Shown here: positions 1 through 14,269 of the stretch, in pieces
How positions within the stretch are numbered: the first letter of the stretch is position 1
Layout of the letters: every line of letters starts with the position of its first letter
Assembly (NCBI RefSeq): GCF_030684315.1
Contig: NC_081355.1
Span: forward strand, 75,478,924 to 75,542,923
DNA length: 64,000 nucleotides
Direction: 5' to 3'
Source of the DNA: Stegostoma tigrinum
Lineage: Eukaryota
Made by a program: the position numbers and the translations under genes
The notes under the pieces: model-generated
Databases searched by the model: none
Told to the model about the DNA's origin: nothing
The model's input: the letters and a program-made list of their open reading frames with translations, nothing else

Positions 1-80
1 TTTTCCTTTCAAGTGTGACATTTCAATACAACACTCATACACCATTTCTTTTGCTTCCCTGACTATTCTGATCATTTCAT

Positions 81-205
81 CACTTCACCTGACAAAACAG
101 CAGTGCTCTGAAAGCTTGTTTCAAATAAACCTGTTGGACTATAACCTGGTGTCGAGGTGACTTCTGACTTTGTCTATCCCAATCCACCACAGACACCTCC
201 ACATC
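81..205 (+). mobile_element. Penelope-terminus fragment (family C) with degenerate hammerhead
   Basis: cac-CTGACAA-aacagcagtgctct-GAAAGCTT followed by aataaacctgttggactataacctggtgt; matches a Penelope terminal repeat recalled from fish and shark genomes. Confidence 0.65.
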
Positions 206-3200
206 CTGGTTATTTCATTTCAGACTGGTCTAAAGTAGACGGTTTAGCCGTGCTCTTTCTTGGTATGCAACGGTGAATGAGTCAAAATTGCCCAAGTCTT
301 TCTCCAGGCATACAGAGGAGATTTCTATTTTTTAATCTGGGTAGGATTGCAACAAGATAGAATACTTGGCTAGAATCTTCCTAGGTCACTGAATGATGTG
401 GGCTCTGACAAGAAATTGGGAAAATCAGGTGAGATATTTAGCAAGGCCCTTCTTGACATCAAGAGCAAAGAAGGCATATTTTCTAACCAGTCCAGTTTAG
501 GATTCTTGAGCAGTGCAAGGCCTATTTACAAGAATCATTGCTCAAAACCACCATTATTTCTTTCTCACATCTGACTGATATGCAATTTCCTATTCTCCCA
601 CTTGCTGGATAGAAACTAGAAGCCAACAATTCCTGATATGAAGGACAGAATGGATACCTAATGACTGCAGCTCATGGTTTGTTCCTCCAGAACTCCATCT
701 CAGGACACACTTCCATCGTACACAACCCCCATGTCCATGGATACAGGCATTTGGTACATACCAGCTGCATCATGTCATCATGGCACATCCCCAATCCAGT
801 TTCTGCACTGCCACGCTGCCCTTTAGAGTGTGTTATGTCATTGTCACATCTACAGCATGTGCTGGCATTCAATGTGAAAAACACAGTGCACATGCATCAA
901 CAAATAGCCATGTCTATAAGTCAGAGGACAATAGTACTCAGTCAAGGCAAGTGGAGTTGCCATCAGTCCTTGTGCAACTGATCAAAAGCAGCATCTGCAA
1001 TTAATCCAGGGGTGTGGGCACCTTGAGACAATTAGATTCTCTCACTATCATGCAGGGACTGCACGATGGTCGGTCCTGTAGTTCCAATGCAAGCCGTCAG
1101 CGGGTTCATGGATCATCAATCAAGAGAAGCACAGATATCAGTGAAGGGTCTGGGCAGTCATGTATAAGGGCGGGGGGGGGGAGTCACAGTCAGCCCTAGG
1201 TGTCAATGGAATTAAAGTTAAGATAGGGTTTCAAGCCGAGCGGTAGTGGTAAGGAGAAAGGAACTCAATGCCGTGGAATGGAGGCAGCCAAGTGGGGTTC
1301 ACAGAGGAAAAAGCCAGTAAAGCAGGGAAATATCGACTAAGTGGGTAGGAGCTGGTAATGCCTAGATGGATAGGAGTGCTGTGAGGAGAGGGGGGTTAGA
1401 TATGGGCAGTCAACATTGTGGCCTTGATGGAGGAGTGGGTGGTGGCATGAAGGGGAATGTGGAGCAGTGGGCATGACCAAGCTGTGGACATAGAGGTCAG
1501 GAGGGGAGAATGAGAGTTGCAGTTATAATTTCAAGTGGTGACTGAGAACATTGGGGCTTTCAGGGAGTGCCAGTTAGAAGGGGACAGTGAAGTTCGGAAG
1601 GAGAGAGCCCTGATGACCAGGCTAAGGCTGGGAAGCATGGTCGCAAACAGAACCTGCAATATCTTTAATGATATCTAGATCACTTTACACAACCTACAAA
1701 TGGATAGTGGCTAAGATCAGATCCAGACGAGGCAGACTCCATTCTGAGAGATGAGATGGTCATCAAGGGAGCAATTGCAGCAATCATGTTTCTGCACTGT
1801 CCAGTTTAAGCCCTTTTCATTCATATCATTGTGCACGGGAAATGCACACTGTGTACAACTGTGTGAAGTACAAATGCTGGCTGGATCTTATTTTGACTAT
1901 CATTAGTTATTGCAGATTGCAGAGGGTATCCTAGGTGACCTTAAAAGATGTACCCATGAGCCACAAAACATATAACTAATGCAAGACCTCAAAGACTGTA
2001 CAGAGGTAGAGAGCAGGGAATTCCCTCTCACCTTGAAATGTAAACATAATGCAATATGCTTTCATATACAATATGTTTCAAGGGTGATTCAGGCCAGAAG
2101 GAGAAGGGTTCAGTACTTACTCAGCACTTACAATCTCCACTTGTCACGTTGCAACATGACTGCTGCGACATTCATCACAATAAGGTGCAATGCCAAAGTA
2201 TCAAGTAGAGTCATTCCACAAGGCGCCTTGTCTGAAGTCCCATGTCATACCATGAAAGAGTGGTTGAGGTAGGAATGTGCAAGGCAGTGTCAGGTATACC
2301 GCGTATGTACCAGGAGGAGCATTGCTTTGCGGTTAGTGTGCCACCACATGCATAGCGAAGGGCAACTTTGAACTGCCAATGCTTGAACATGGGCACAGCT
2401 GGGGTTCTAACATGGAGGTGGCACCTGGGATGCTGGAATATCCCTGCAGCAGCGAGCACATCTGCTAGTCATTGAAGTAAGTTTTGGATGATCAGATGAG
2501 AAAATATGAAGGGCATTAGTGAACCAAGCTTACAACAACTGATTATAGTTTCATGGTTACTATGATTGAGAGAACACCTTTATATTTGAGAGTTATTAAT
2601 TAAATTAATTAGCTTCCATTGTAGGGTTTGAACCCATGACCCCAGAGCATTACATTCTGGGTTATAACCAAATAGCACTGCCATGACATCACCATCTTCC
2701 TCAACGGCACCAGCATGATTTTGCCTTGAAGTATTCGCAGTGTGTAACATCACCACCTGCTGGTCAACATACAGTATCACAAATACACGTCACAGACATG
2801 AGGTGAGATGGGGTTTGGTGGCAGACACAAATAGTTATTCGCCTTTCCTGCTCTGGAGCTCTTTCTCCCAAAAGGTGAATGTTTGGGTCTCTATAGAACT
2901 CATTTCTTCTTAAAGTGAACCCAACACCTCCTCGCTTTAAACATTGGCTTAATTCATGTAACAAATAATACTAATAATGTTCAAGGTAAACATTCATATG
3001 TGGATGTTAGTTGAAGCTGCAAAGATTCGAAAAAGTCTGTCCCTGCAGCAATAGCAAGGATACATTTCAGTCATGCCTGAGTATCCAGTTACTGAATTTA
3101 GCAAACACCAGTGTGAAATTAAGGGTCATTCAAGGTGTGGAGAGGTTTACAACATTGAATACACTGTTTAAACACATTGGGCTGGAATCTTCTGGAAAAA

Positions 3201-4078
3201 TAACACTAAACATGCCATTCTGGTGTGCAACTTTGTCAAAAAGTGGAAGAATTAAATGACTTGGTGTGTTTTCTGAGGGTCCAGAATTCACTAGTCAAGA
3301 TATGCACCTTTGTTGTTTGCAATTTGTCTTTAGGTTCCTGTTATTTTTAAAGGCGTCTGGATCTTCATATTAACTGCACATTAAATACCACACGGAATAT
3401 TGAGTCTAGTAATTAAAAACATAAGTATCTTTTTAAATATGTGACTATTATTAATTGGTGACAATAAATGTCTCTGCCCCAGAAAGTACTTAACAGTTGA
3501 CTCTCCTTCCTTCAGGTGAATTCTTGTTGGAGGTCTTTAAAATTTTATATTTAAATTTAAATTATCCACCTATTGTCTTTTTTGTCCTCTCTCACTTAAT
3601 CTAATTTTTAATTACCTCTTTTTATTTCCCTTTCTGTTCGGATTTGGTTTGAATTTATCCACACCATTTTAACCCTTTTTTTAAAAGTTGTTCTGCTGCT
3701 AATTTATCATATTTTAAAACTCATTGATCAAAGAAGAACACTTTTGGCATTATTGTTGTTCATTCAGGTTCTAAATGTAAACTTTTTAACTGAAGGTGCT
3801 GGCCAGCAAATATCTGCCTGATGACATTTAATGTGTGATATCCTATTCAAGTGTATTCTAGCTCATTAATTTTGCTCGAAACCTCTTGCTGAAACTGCAG
3901 CAAGTGAATGTTGGAGTTCTGAGAACTGGTGTAAATTGCATTTTTAAAAAATTATCTGCAACATTTTTCTGTGGCTTCAGCTGGTCCCAACATAATATCT
4001 CTGGCAGTACAACATGAGAAAGTTAAAGAATTTTTGGGCCACTAGTTCGATATGCAGGTACAAACTTTACAAATGTGT

Positions 4079-5198
4079 TTTATTTAGTTTAATGCACAAA
4101 TACTCTTGGTACTGTTTTGACTATGGGACAATAGGCTTCCACATCAAAGGAAGCTGCACCATCATTAGATATAAAATTTACTAAAACCTTAAACCATTAG
4201 CTTCATTAAACTGCTTAGCATGGCATTTATGTTTATAGCACTGTTATACAGTCATTTTTTTTATTCAGCAAACTCTTCTCAAGAAGAAATACATTAAAAC
4301 GACTAAAATATCAGACAAAAATTTCTCTTCCCGGTTGCCCAATGGTGCGACATTCCACATTTTAATATGCATTAGGTTTTTACCATCACTGCTCCTGGAA
4401 ATTTTGGTCCTGAAAAGTCCTGGCAGGCTTTTAGATATGGTGATAGCTTTAACATTTTCCATCCCTTTGACAATACTGATTGCTGGAAATGCCTACATTC
4501 AGTGGTGCACAGTGTTGCTGGGAGAGGCACAGCAAGTAATTTAAAGACTCAAGGCATGGTTAGCTTTCTTTTAAGCAGAATGGGCTGCCAATTCTAATTG
4601 ATAGATTCTGCTCCTTTATTGGACCAATGGCATTTGTATTAAATATTTAAAACTAACTGCCTCTTTGAGTTGTTGTAGCTCAATGTTGTCTGCAGCAGTA
4701 ACGATTTCCTTCTCTCTTCATGCAGGTCTGCTTCTGGGCATTTTCCCAGGGCCAGTGGCAGGTTCATCCAATTGATGCAAAGTCCAATTGCCACATGTCA
4801 AGATAGAGAAGAAGGTCCTCTGTCTTTGTGTTGAGAGTTTGGCACAAGAAAAGTGAATTAAAAATTGTCTTCTGACAAATATGGACAGAACTCTGTTTTG
4901 CTTAGTTTTAGCAAACAGTAGTTGATTGATTCTTAGCTTGTTCCCTGTTCAGTGCCTCTGCCAAAAGGTTCTTGCAACATAGCTTCTTGACTGAACACCG
5001 TAGAAGTGTCTTATTAAACTAATTATTGCTTTCTCACCAAGTTGTGTCGAATTTGTATGTAAACTGTGCCTATGATTTCACAAGAGACTCATCATGTAGC
5101 ACAACGGTCCAGTCACTTTGCCACAGTTGTCTTGACTGCAATTGTGTAGCTTCTACTCAACATCAATACAGTGATCTTACAAGTTGATGGAACTTTGG
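4079..5198 (-). other. RAPGEF5: Probable RAPGEF5 3' UTR with candidate poly(A) signals
   Basis: Repeat-poor sequence after the stop. AATAAA occurs on the minus strand at 4615-4620, 4260-4265 and 4079-4084; the site actually used cannot be determined. Confidence 0.5.
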
Positions 5199-5317
5199 TT
5201 AAGATCTTGGCTCAAGTCTGTGAGAAAGCTGAAATAATGTCTCTTGGCTTTCAATAACGTGCAAGTAGTGAACATATGCTTTCACATCCTGATGGTCTTT
5301 CTGATTATCTTCCATAC
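5199..5317 (-). CDS. RAPGEF5: RAPGEF5 last coding exon: [38 protein letters not shown]
   Basis: 119 nt from ctctag|GT to TAA; the C-terminal LSHRLEPR is typical of RAPGEF3/4/5. Confidence 0.94.
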
Positions 5318-6423
5318 CTAGAGTGAGGGCAGAAATCACTGTCATTATTGTCCCGCTGAAGCTTCCTTGCTTGTCATCTAGTTGTCTTATCTGTGTGAGC
5401 AGCCAACATTGTGAGAACTTTTCCCACCCACATACTGAGCTATATCCCTTTGAATAGCCTCCTTATGTCATCTTCATGATCTTCTTTCCTACCTGAAGCA
5501 GGGTGCATTCACACAGGCACGCTACAATAAACAGTCTACAGAATTTTTTTCTTAATTCTTCATAAAAACAGAAATAATAACCCCTGATGAAAGCAGGATG
5601 ATTTCTCTAGCAAAAGGCAGAGTGTGGAGAATAATTATGTCCCAATTCTCTGTTGTCCAGAAACAATTCCAGTCACTTGCAAGCATGATTGATGGAGAAA
5701 TTATCAAACATTCTCCCCATTCTGGTCAGGAATACTGTTGTCAGTATGAGCAGCAGTAGAGTTTCTGCATGGTAGAGTTTCCAATTTGTTCTACAGTGCA
5801 TACTGTCGCCCACAAATCCAGATCAAAAGTTTACAGGGACCCTAAGATCACATTGGAGTATTTTTTAACACATGCAATCTACATTATGTTTCACTGAAAT
5901 TCCATCAAATATGAAGTGAATTGGAATTTTCATACTGTCTGGATAATAGTTCTCTTGGAAAGCCTGAATTCAAGCTTTAAAACTATCTGACTTGGAGAGG
6001 TGCCCAATGGTAGTGGAGAGAGATTTGTTGTACTTAGTTTGTGAGTTCACTTTCCTAAGTGAATTTTGACCAAATGTTAAATTTTAAGGTGAGGATTTTT
6101 CATCAAGTAATCCATTTTTATGAACTTAAAATATTAAAGAATTAATTTGCCCTTCTATATAACTCAAATCCTGTCTTCAGATGCACACGTCCACAAAAAG
6201 CTGCACTAATGGCCAATTGAGGGGGAGTAGGACATTTTCCTAACAACCTGCTCAGAGATGTTATTACACACTCTGGAGCAGGTGGGCCTTGAACATGAGC
6301 CTCCTAGTCCCGAAGTAAGGTTATTACCGCTGCAATCCTTTTATTTTCTGCTTGCTGATACTCTGTAACACTTCCCCATTCCACATCCCCAGCTCCAGGT
6401 ACACAACCACTGTTGATACTCAC

Positions 6424-6478
6424 TGATCTGATTACTTCTGCAGTGTCTCAGCAACCTGATGGAGTCTGCAATCATGTG
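6424..6478 (-). CDS. RAPGEF5: RAPGEF5 exon: HMIADSIRLLRHCRSNQI(S)
   Basis: 55 nt; tcccag|CAC ... A|gtgagt. Confidence 0.94.
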
Positions 6479-7735
6479 CTGGGAATAGAGAAAAATGGTT
6501 AAAACACCAGCAGAAACTGTTCACTGAGCCATCCGTAAGCCAAGAATTATTTTCAATATTTTCCCCTGGAAGACCACTTGGTTAAATACAGTTTCTGCAA
6601 CAAAGCCTTTCCATTTGGAAGAAGATAAAATGTTGTGCTTGCCAATATAAGTCAACAAATAACAGGTAACATATGTTGATACAAAGATAAAACGCAAATT
6701 TCACTCAATATTGTCTTAATTGCTGCTACAGGTGAGAGATTAACAAAATCCCTGCAGCAGTTTAAAAAATATTTAAACCTTCACATTGCTCACTCAGGAG
6801 TTCTGCTGATCTCCCCCTTAAGTTACAATGGCAGATAGGAACAACTAATTTAGGAACAGAACATTTTAAATTAACCTTGAACTATTGAATGGAGCAACAA
6901 CTCTCCCTTCAAGTAAAGTTAACAAAACCCTAAGCTCCTGTTCAATGCACCAGACATTGGTAAGTAGTGTTAGTACAGGAGAACAATCTTTTATGTATCT
7001 GTTCCAGTCTTTTAATGCAATTGAGTAATTGTACTTTTACTGCTTTTGTTGCTGAACTACATACACTGGAATTACAGTTGAGAATGTGGACAAGTACATG
7101 ATTTTCCACCTAATTCACTTGTTAATAAATTATGTATTACCAATCCCTATGTGCTCACCAAGTGAATGACTTCCCATAAAGTAGAAACACAGGCCTTTTT
7201 AATTAAGCAATGATTTTGGCAAAACATTGAATTTCAGTAAATTCACCTTTCATCCCCAAGCGGAACTGGCTGCCATAATTCGCTCGAAAAAAGTAATCTA
7301 ACATTGTTCAGATAATGTGAAAGATGTGACATTCCCCATTTGCAACATTATTTTTATAAAAATTTGGATTTCACTTACATAATTTAGGGAAGGAAATCCA
7401 TCATCCTTACCTGGTTTGGCCTACATGTGGCTCCAAACTCACAGCAGTGTGATTGACTCTTAACTGCCCTCAGAAATGGACTTAGCAAACTAGTCACTCA
7501 TGTAGCAATTAGGAATGGGCAACAAATGCTGACTCAGCCAGGACTGCACTCATTCCATGGACAAATAAAAGATGTAGCTAAAAAGAATGTTAAATCATCT
7601 AGAGAAGACAAACTTTAAATTCAATTGTCTTTGGATATACTGTAGACTGAGATATATCAAATACTTAAGCATGCTGGAAGGTGATCTTTGAGCGGAAGTC
7701 ATTTAGGAAAGAAAAAGTAAGTAAATTGCACATAC

Positions 7736-7800
7736 CAGCTTTTCAAAGTTGACAAGGTTGTCCAAAAAGGTTTTGTTTCCTTCATGAATAAATGTTACAT
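7736..7800 (-). CDS. RAPGEF5: RAPGEF5 exon: [21 protein letters not shown]
   Basis: 65 nt; cattag|AT ... CTG|gtatg; contains the RasGEF NFEK motif. Confidence 0.96.
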
Positions 7801-8559
7801 CTAATGGGGCAAAGGAATGGAATAACAAAAAGTCACCAAAACAGCAAAATAATAAATGCAGATTAAATTGATTAGCTCAATAATTGTGCACTGACACAGC
7901 AGAGAAATCAATGTGGTCTGCAGTGTTGACTGGGATACTTATAATAACTTCAACTATTCAGATAACGCAAGACATGAATTATGGGTATATACAATTTAAT
8001 TAAAAATTTGGGAAACTTGCTTAAAACAAAGAAATTAAAATTGTGCAACATAGAAGTTTAAAAAAAAATATTTTACACCAGTCTTATCAATTTCTATTGA
8101 TAACTACACATACAACAGACATGCAAATTTTCATTTTCACTGGCTGGGTGGTAATCTGATGAAGCACATAATTGAGCTTCTATAGACGCAGCCCGATTTT
8201 TAATCTATTCAGTACATGGTATTCAATGGGATGAGTGCTGGGTTAGTTCAGTTATGAGCTGAGATTAGTTATCTAGGATCATAAAATAATAAAAGGCATC
8301 GAAGAAAACCAGCGGGCTCTGCTCAGTGCTCATATAGATCCTTCAAAGGTGATGACAATCCCATCAGCAGAGGAAGGTGATGGAGGTCCATTTGTGTGAC
8401 TGGCAGAGATAGAAATGGTGAGGGAAAAAAAGTAGTAAGTTCAATGACACCAGAAATATGTAGGTTTGGTTTTTCAGAAAGTTTCAATGAGGTTCCTTTA
8501 TTTTTCAAATTGTGAGTTGAGTATTGCTGCAGAGGCTAACACTTACTGTTCTTTCTTAC

Positions 8560-10190
8560 TTGTCCTCAAGAAAATGGTGGTGTACTGCACTCTTCAATCA
8601 CTTGAGTTTTGTGCGGTGGAAATACACCTAGAGTGGTGTTGGGAAGAAGTTCCAGGACTTTAATCCAGAGGCAGTGGAGGAACAGCAATATTGAACCTAG
8701 TCAGGATGGTGTGTAGCTTGGAGGGGAATGTGAAGGTCTTCTAGGTGATTGAGTTTTCAAGGTTTGGAAAGTAATGTTGAACAAAGCTTTGCAAGTTTCT
8801 ACAGCATGCCTTGTACATGGGACACACTGATGCCACTCTGCACTCATGAAGTAAGGAGAAAATGTTTGAGGTGGTAGTTAGGATGCCAATCAAGCAAGTA
8901 TTTACCACCTTCAGTGTTGTTAGAGCTGTACTCATTTAGGCAAGTGCAGAGAATGCCATCGCAGTTCGGACATGTGTTGCAGATTATGGACAGGAATTGG
9001 TGGATCAGGAGCTGTATTACTCCCTGTAGAATTCCCACTCTGGCTGCTGTTGTAGCAGCTGTATTTTTATAAAAACTGAAAGGACTGCAGATGCCGTAGA
9101 TCAGGAACAAAAAGAGAAGTTTTGGGAAAACTCAGCAGGTCTGGCAGCGTCTGTGAAGTAAAATCAGAGTTAATGTTTTGAGTCCGGTGACCCTTCCTCA
9201 GAACGGGTCTATATTTTTATGACTGGTTCAGCTAAATTTGGGTCAGTAGTGACTCCCAGGATGTTTATATTGGGGAATCAGTAATGCTAATGCTATGGAA
9301 TGTCAAGACATATTATTAGATTTTCTCTTGTGTAGATGGCCATTACTGGCACTTGTGTGGCATGAATATTACTTGCCACTTATATCAACCCAGGACAAGG
9401 AGCAAATGGGCACGACTTATTTCAATGCCCGAAGAGCTGCAACTGGTGTCAAACGTTGTGCAAAAATCAGTGAACTTCCCCATTTTTGACATTATGGTTG
9501 AGGGAAAATTGTTGCAGAAGAGCTGAATTGGGCTTAGACCGCCCCGAAGAGTTACTGCAGCTTTGTTTTGGAATTGAAATAATTGGCCTCCAACAATTAC
9601 TTCCTCTTGTGCAACCTGCAGAGAGTTCCTCTCTGATTCCCATGGACTTCATTTTTGCTTTGGATCTTTAATATTTCCTTCAAGGCATCTTCAAATGTCT
9701 TAATGTCAAAAGCTGTCATTCTAACCTCAATTCTGGAATTCTTCTGTTCATATCTGGTTCAAGATGAAAATGAGACTGGTAGCTGAGTGGTTCAGTTGGA
9801 ATCCAAACTGAGCAGGTCTTTGGTTAATAATGTGGTTGATGGCTTTATCAATGATATTTTCTACCACATTGCTGATGATTGAGAGTAAATTGATGGGTGG
9901 TAATTGGCCAAATGGGATTTGACCACTCTATTGTACATAGGATATGGCTACACGATTTTCCGTATTCTTACATGGTGGGGTGGGAGTGTGGCTGTTTCTG
10001 ACTGACACATAGTCAGTACTATGGGATGTTATCAGGGTCACCAGCATTTGCTGTATGGCTCACCTGTACCTGGATATCAGATGGAGTGAACCGAATTGGT
10101 TGAAGGTTAACATGTGCAATGCTGAGCACCTCAGGAGGAGGCCAACATGGATCATCCACTCAGCACTTCTGGGTGAAGATGCTTACAAAT
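8560..10190 (-). mobile_element. Old LINE (CR1/L2 group, second family), interrupted by a Penelope-end insertion at about 9071-9207
   Basis: Colinear similarity to 14270-16110 and 44725-45795. Confidence 0.75.
9071..9207 (-). mobile_element. Penelope-terminus insertion (family B) with hammerhead motif
   Basis: Minus strand gtt-CTGAGGA-a-gggtc-accg-gactc-(A)AAA-ca-tt-aac; flanking repeat CT(G/A)TATTTTTAT at 9059-9070 and 9209-9220. Confidence 0.82.
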
Positions 10191-10770
10191 CCAAGAGCAA
10201 TATGGAACGAACAACATAAAAAGGACATGGCAATTGAGTGCAATAGAAGTCAGATTCAACATTTCTAAGTTTTATGTATTTTGTGATTGAATGTGATCTA
10301 CCGTATGTTGACATTCTTAAATTTTTCACTTGTTACGCAGAGTTCAATACTGTCATCACTGTTCTTCTGATATTTAAATGAAAACTTTAAGGTCATGTCA
10401 ACAAATAGCCAGCAGTCATTTTTACATTTAATCTTTACACCTGCTCACCTAATCTAATTATCAGTGACCCTTAGTTACTCCGCAAATCACTTCTGTCTGA
10501 GATTAACTCACTTGTTTTTCAATCACAGGATTATGTTGCCTTAGAACCAAACATGAAGGAAATCTACTGGCGTAATGGTAACTACCCAAAGGCCCAGGTT
10601 CAAGGCCCACTGCTCCAATAGTGTATCATAACATCTCTGAACAAGTTGATTACAAAATATCTAGAACAAAGAATGCTGAAGTAAATTACATTAAATTGAT
10701 CTATTTTCATGTCAGATAGCTGTACAGCTAGCCATATTCAGTCCTAGGAAAGTGCCCAGTCTAAGATTAC

Positions 10771-10858
10771 CTTTCAACAGCAGAGGCATGAAGGGAATCT
10801 TTGGTGGCTGCATCTTTTTGAAAGCATCTCTATATGCTTTATGATTCAGGGATGGATC
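10771..10858 (-). CDS. RAPGEF5: RAPGEF5 exon: [29 protein letters not shown](D)
   Basis: 88 nt; ttacag|GAT ... G|gtaat. Confidence 0.96.
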
Positions 10859-11117
10859 CTGTAAAATAGTGAGATGTTTAATGTGCTTCATATAAAAAAA
10901 ATGACAACTACACGCTACTTTGACAATGACAAAATTTTGACGCTTTCTGCATTTCTTAAAAATGTACTTAACAGAAATTTCCACGTAGATTTCTCAATTG
11001 CCTGCATTAAATTCAAAGCAAACTCCAGAGAAATTACATTAGTGATCATGTGTATTTCTTCTGGAATTTCTGCCAATCTTCCAAAATGATAGAGAGCAGC
11101 CATGGAAATACTACAGA

Positions 11118-11980
11118 AATGTAGGACATAGGAGGAGGCCATTCACCCCATTGAGCCTGCTCTGCCATTTAATACAGTCATGGTTGATTGAATTCCTCAA
11201 AGCCTTTTACCTGCATAATCCCCGTAGCCCCTAACGCCACTGATAATGAAAAAAGTATTGAGCTCTACTTAAATATACTCAAAGAGTGAGCTTCTTGTCC
11301 CATTTCTCCTCATCTTTGTCTTAATTGCATTCTCCTTATTGTTTATTGTGCCCCCTGGTTCTAGACTCCTTGATCAGAGGAACCATCCTATCTGCATGAA
11401 ACGTGTCTATCCCTTTTAAGAATTTTGTAGGCTTCAATGAGATTATCTCCCATTCTTTGAATCTCCAGAAAATACTGGCCAGTTTGCCCAATCTCTTTTC
11501 AAACAGCAGTCCCACAATCCTGGGAATAAGTGTGGTGAATGTTTGTTGCACCCCCTCTATGGCAATAATACCTTTCCTGAGGTAAGGTGACCAAAATTGC
11601 ATATTGTACTCCAAGTGTAGTCAAACCAAGCTCCAATATAATTGAACCAAGACTTCACTGCCCTGTACTCAAATCCTCTTGCAATAAAGGCTTCCTAATA
11701 ACTTGTCGGGCCTGCATGTTAGCTCTCAGTGACCAACTGACAACAACAAAGTCTCATTCTACATCTATACTTTCTCACTTTGCACCATTTAAGAAATACC
11801 CTACAAATTTTCTTCCAGCTGAAGTAAATAGCCTCACATTTTTCTACATGATGTTTTATCTGTCATGTTTTTGCCCTATCACTAAAACTGTCCAAATTCC
11901 TGAAAATATCTTTCATCTTACTCACGGAACACATTCGTAATTAGTTTTGTATCTTCTGCAAATTTTGAAATATATTAGAT
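11118..11980 (-). mobile_element. CR1 LINE fragment
   Basis: EYNMQFWSPYLRK...IEGVQQTFT...SRTRGH plus a CR1-type 3' UTR. Confidence 0.88.
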
Positions 11981-13327
11981 CCCCCATAAAGGTGGTGACA
12001 GAAAGGAAGTAAATCTTGGCACTTATCAGGGCAATAAACATTATGTTGAGGTTTGAAAACTTTCCGTGTCAATACCCATCAATCACTTCCAGGTCAAACC
12101 ACTGGTGAATCAAAACTGTTCCAACCATTTTGATGTCAGCCAGCATAGTCTTAGAGTTATTATGCCCCATTTGAGTCTTTTCCACGTGTCTGTAGCTGAC
12201 AGGTTTCGCATGCCAGTCTGTGATGGTTGCAACTTGGTCTTCATGTCAGCTCACTTCAGCTCTCAGTTAATTCTTATTCAAGCCAAGCTGGCCAAATCTT
12301 GATTTCAGCTCCACGGTTAGCCAAGCACAGCTCGCCAGCGGTTAAAACGGTTCGGTTTGTTTTAAGGGAAAACTCTTGATGCTTTATTTCAAGAATAACT
12401 TTAATGTGGGCAATCACTCCAACTCTACCCAATCGTGCCTGAATTCCAAGTTAAAGGGAAGTCCTTTTTTTTGTAGTATCCAGTGATAAACATTTCCATT
12501 TTTCATCTTCAACCATTCTTAATTTCACTTTCTGTGACTCGATGGGTTAGGGACAGCTGGTGGCAAATTGTGTTTTTGTGTTGTGCTAATAAATTGTATT
12601 AAATAGGAATGAGGCTGAGAATGCCCAAGTTATTCCTGTAATTTGGAGCCACACTGGAACACAACATATAATCCCTGTGATAGCGAATTTAAAATCACAA
12701 ATCATGGCCTTGTTATGAACAGAAGAGATCTCCAAATGTGTTTCATTGCTGGATGGTACCTCTCGTTATTTCACAGTCAATGATACAGTTTCGAAGGGTA
12801 ATCACTGCTGTAATGTTAGAAACACAGCAGTCAATTTGCACAAGCTAGGTCCAATAACAGGAAAGAAATAATTGACCAGATTATTAATTGGAAGAAGGAT
12901 AAAATTGGCTAAGACATTAAGAATTGCTCTGCTTTTCTTCCATAGTGCTGTGGAATCTTTTGCTTCTATCTGAGATTGTAGGCAGGACCCAAAAGACAGC
13001 ACCTCCTACACTGAAGCATCTCCTTACTACAGTATTGAATTGTCAGCTGATTACATGCTCACATCTCTGAAATGCATTTTGATGCCATGACCTTCTTACA
13101 GAAATAAATGTTCTACCAGAGAACCAAAGCATGAAATCTCAGAACTTCCAAGGAGTAACACTTAGGAATTTGGGCATGGAGCATAGTGGACTCTGCAAGA
13201 TTCACCTTCAAATTCATTCTTGGCATCAATATCTGCATTCCCAATATATGAAGCTTTGAATGTAAATGTATGAAATTACTCCAGAAGTTATGTTCTGAAT
13301 ATTTTAAGTTGGTGCACAAGCACTTAC

Positions 13328-13378
13328 CGTAAAACTTTCAAGTTCAGAGAACAGCTTCTTAAATTTCCCAGGTACTTT
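13328..13378 (-). CDS. RAPGEF5: RAPGEF5 exon: KVPGKFKKLFSELESFT
   Basis: 51 nt; ccttag|AAA ... ACG|gtaagt. Confidence 0.94.
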
Positions 13379-14269
13379 CTAAGGAAAAAAAAACACAACA
13401 TAAATATGAAATTCCAATTTGATAATATCTTTTAAGCAAAATGTTTAAATGGATAACAGACAGTTGTTCTCTCTCATAATTAATTTATAAACAGTGAAGA
13501 ATCAGTTGAGATCCAACACAGACACAGCATTGAAATGTAGTTTATACAGCAGTTATTCAATATAGGGATCTGGCCAGAAAGGTAAGTTGACTTCTACATT
13601 TACTAACATCTTACAGTAGTTGCCATACATTTCAATACTTTTCCAAATGTCAAGTGCCGTAATGCATTAACAATGGAAAAAGAAATCCTGTCAGGCTCTC
13701 GTGTCATGTTTTGCTCTGCGATTTAAATCTGTTCACAACTTTGGCTATTAAAACCAGCCTTGCCTTTAAATAAAAAAAATGCAATATTTGTTCCCTTCAT
13801 AAATTATAGGCACTTTGCTTTGAAATTGAAATGGGACAATATTCTATCCTGTCAATTTCAGACAATGCAACCAGAAATTTGTTTAATAATCCAATATGAA
13901 TACGTGGATGGATGTCAAAGTGATTAATCACTTTAATTCAATAGGTGGTCTATTCCTCCTTTAATTATTGAGATATTTAAGTTATAGTAACAGAATAGGC
14001 ATTGAATATAGTTTCTTGTTTGCGTATAATCCTAAACAACACTTAAAGATTACAATTTTTACACAGTCATAGGTTTTCTTCTTTTCCAATGTAATTAAAA
14101 TATTTAAATTCAGTGTTTTATTAGACTTTTAGGAGTTTAACTTATTCCAATGATTCCAAAATGATCTCCCACTGCATTTCATGGATCAGGGACTGCACAT
14201 GGCGGTCACTGGAAGAATGGCAATGGAGGGTACATGGCAGACATTGAGGATAACCTTTTATTTGTTCCC

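Noticed and set aside
661-2460. Short ORFs and a possible degraded Harbinger-like region downstream of the gene
   Set aside because: Only faint motif resemblance (QLVC); no exon structure or convincing domain could be supported.
5312-5319. AG|GTATG at the last-exon acceptor, resembling a recursive splice site
   Set aside because: Fully explained by the codons of the terminal exon; the intron is short and there is no downstream exon.
12060-12700. Repeat-free intronic stretch as a conserved enhancer
   Set aside because: Conservation cannot be assessed without alignments, and there is no diagnostic motif.
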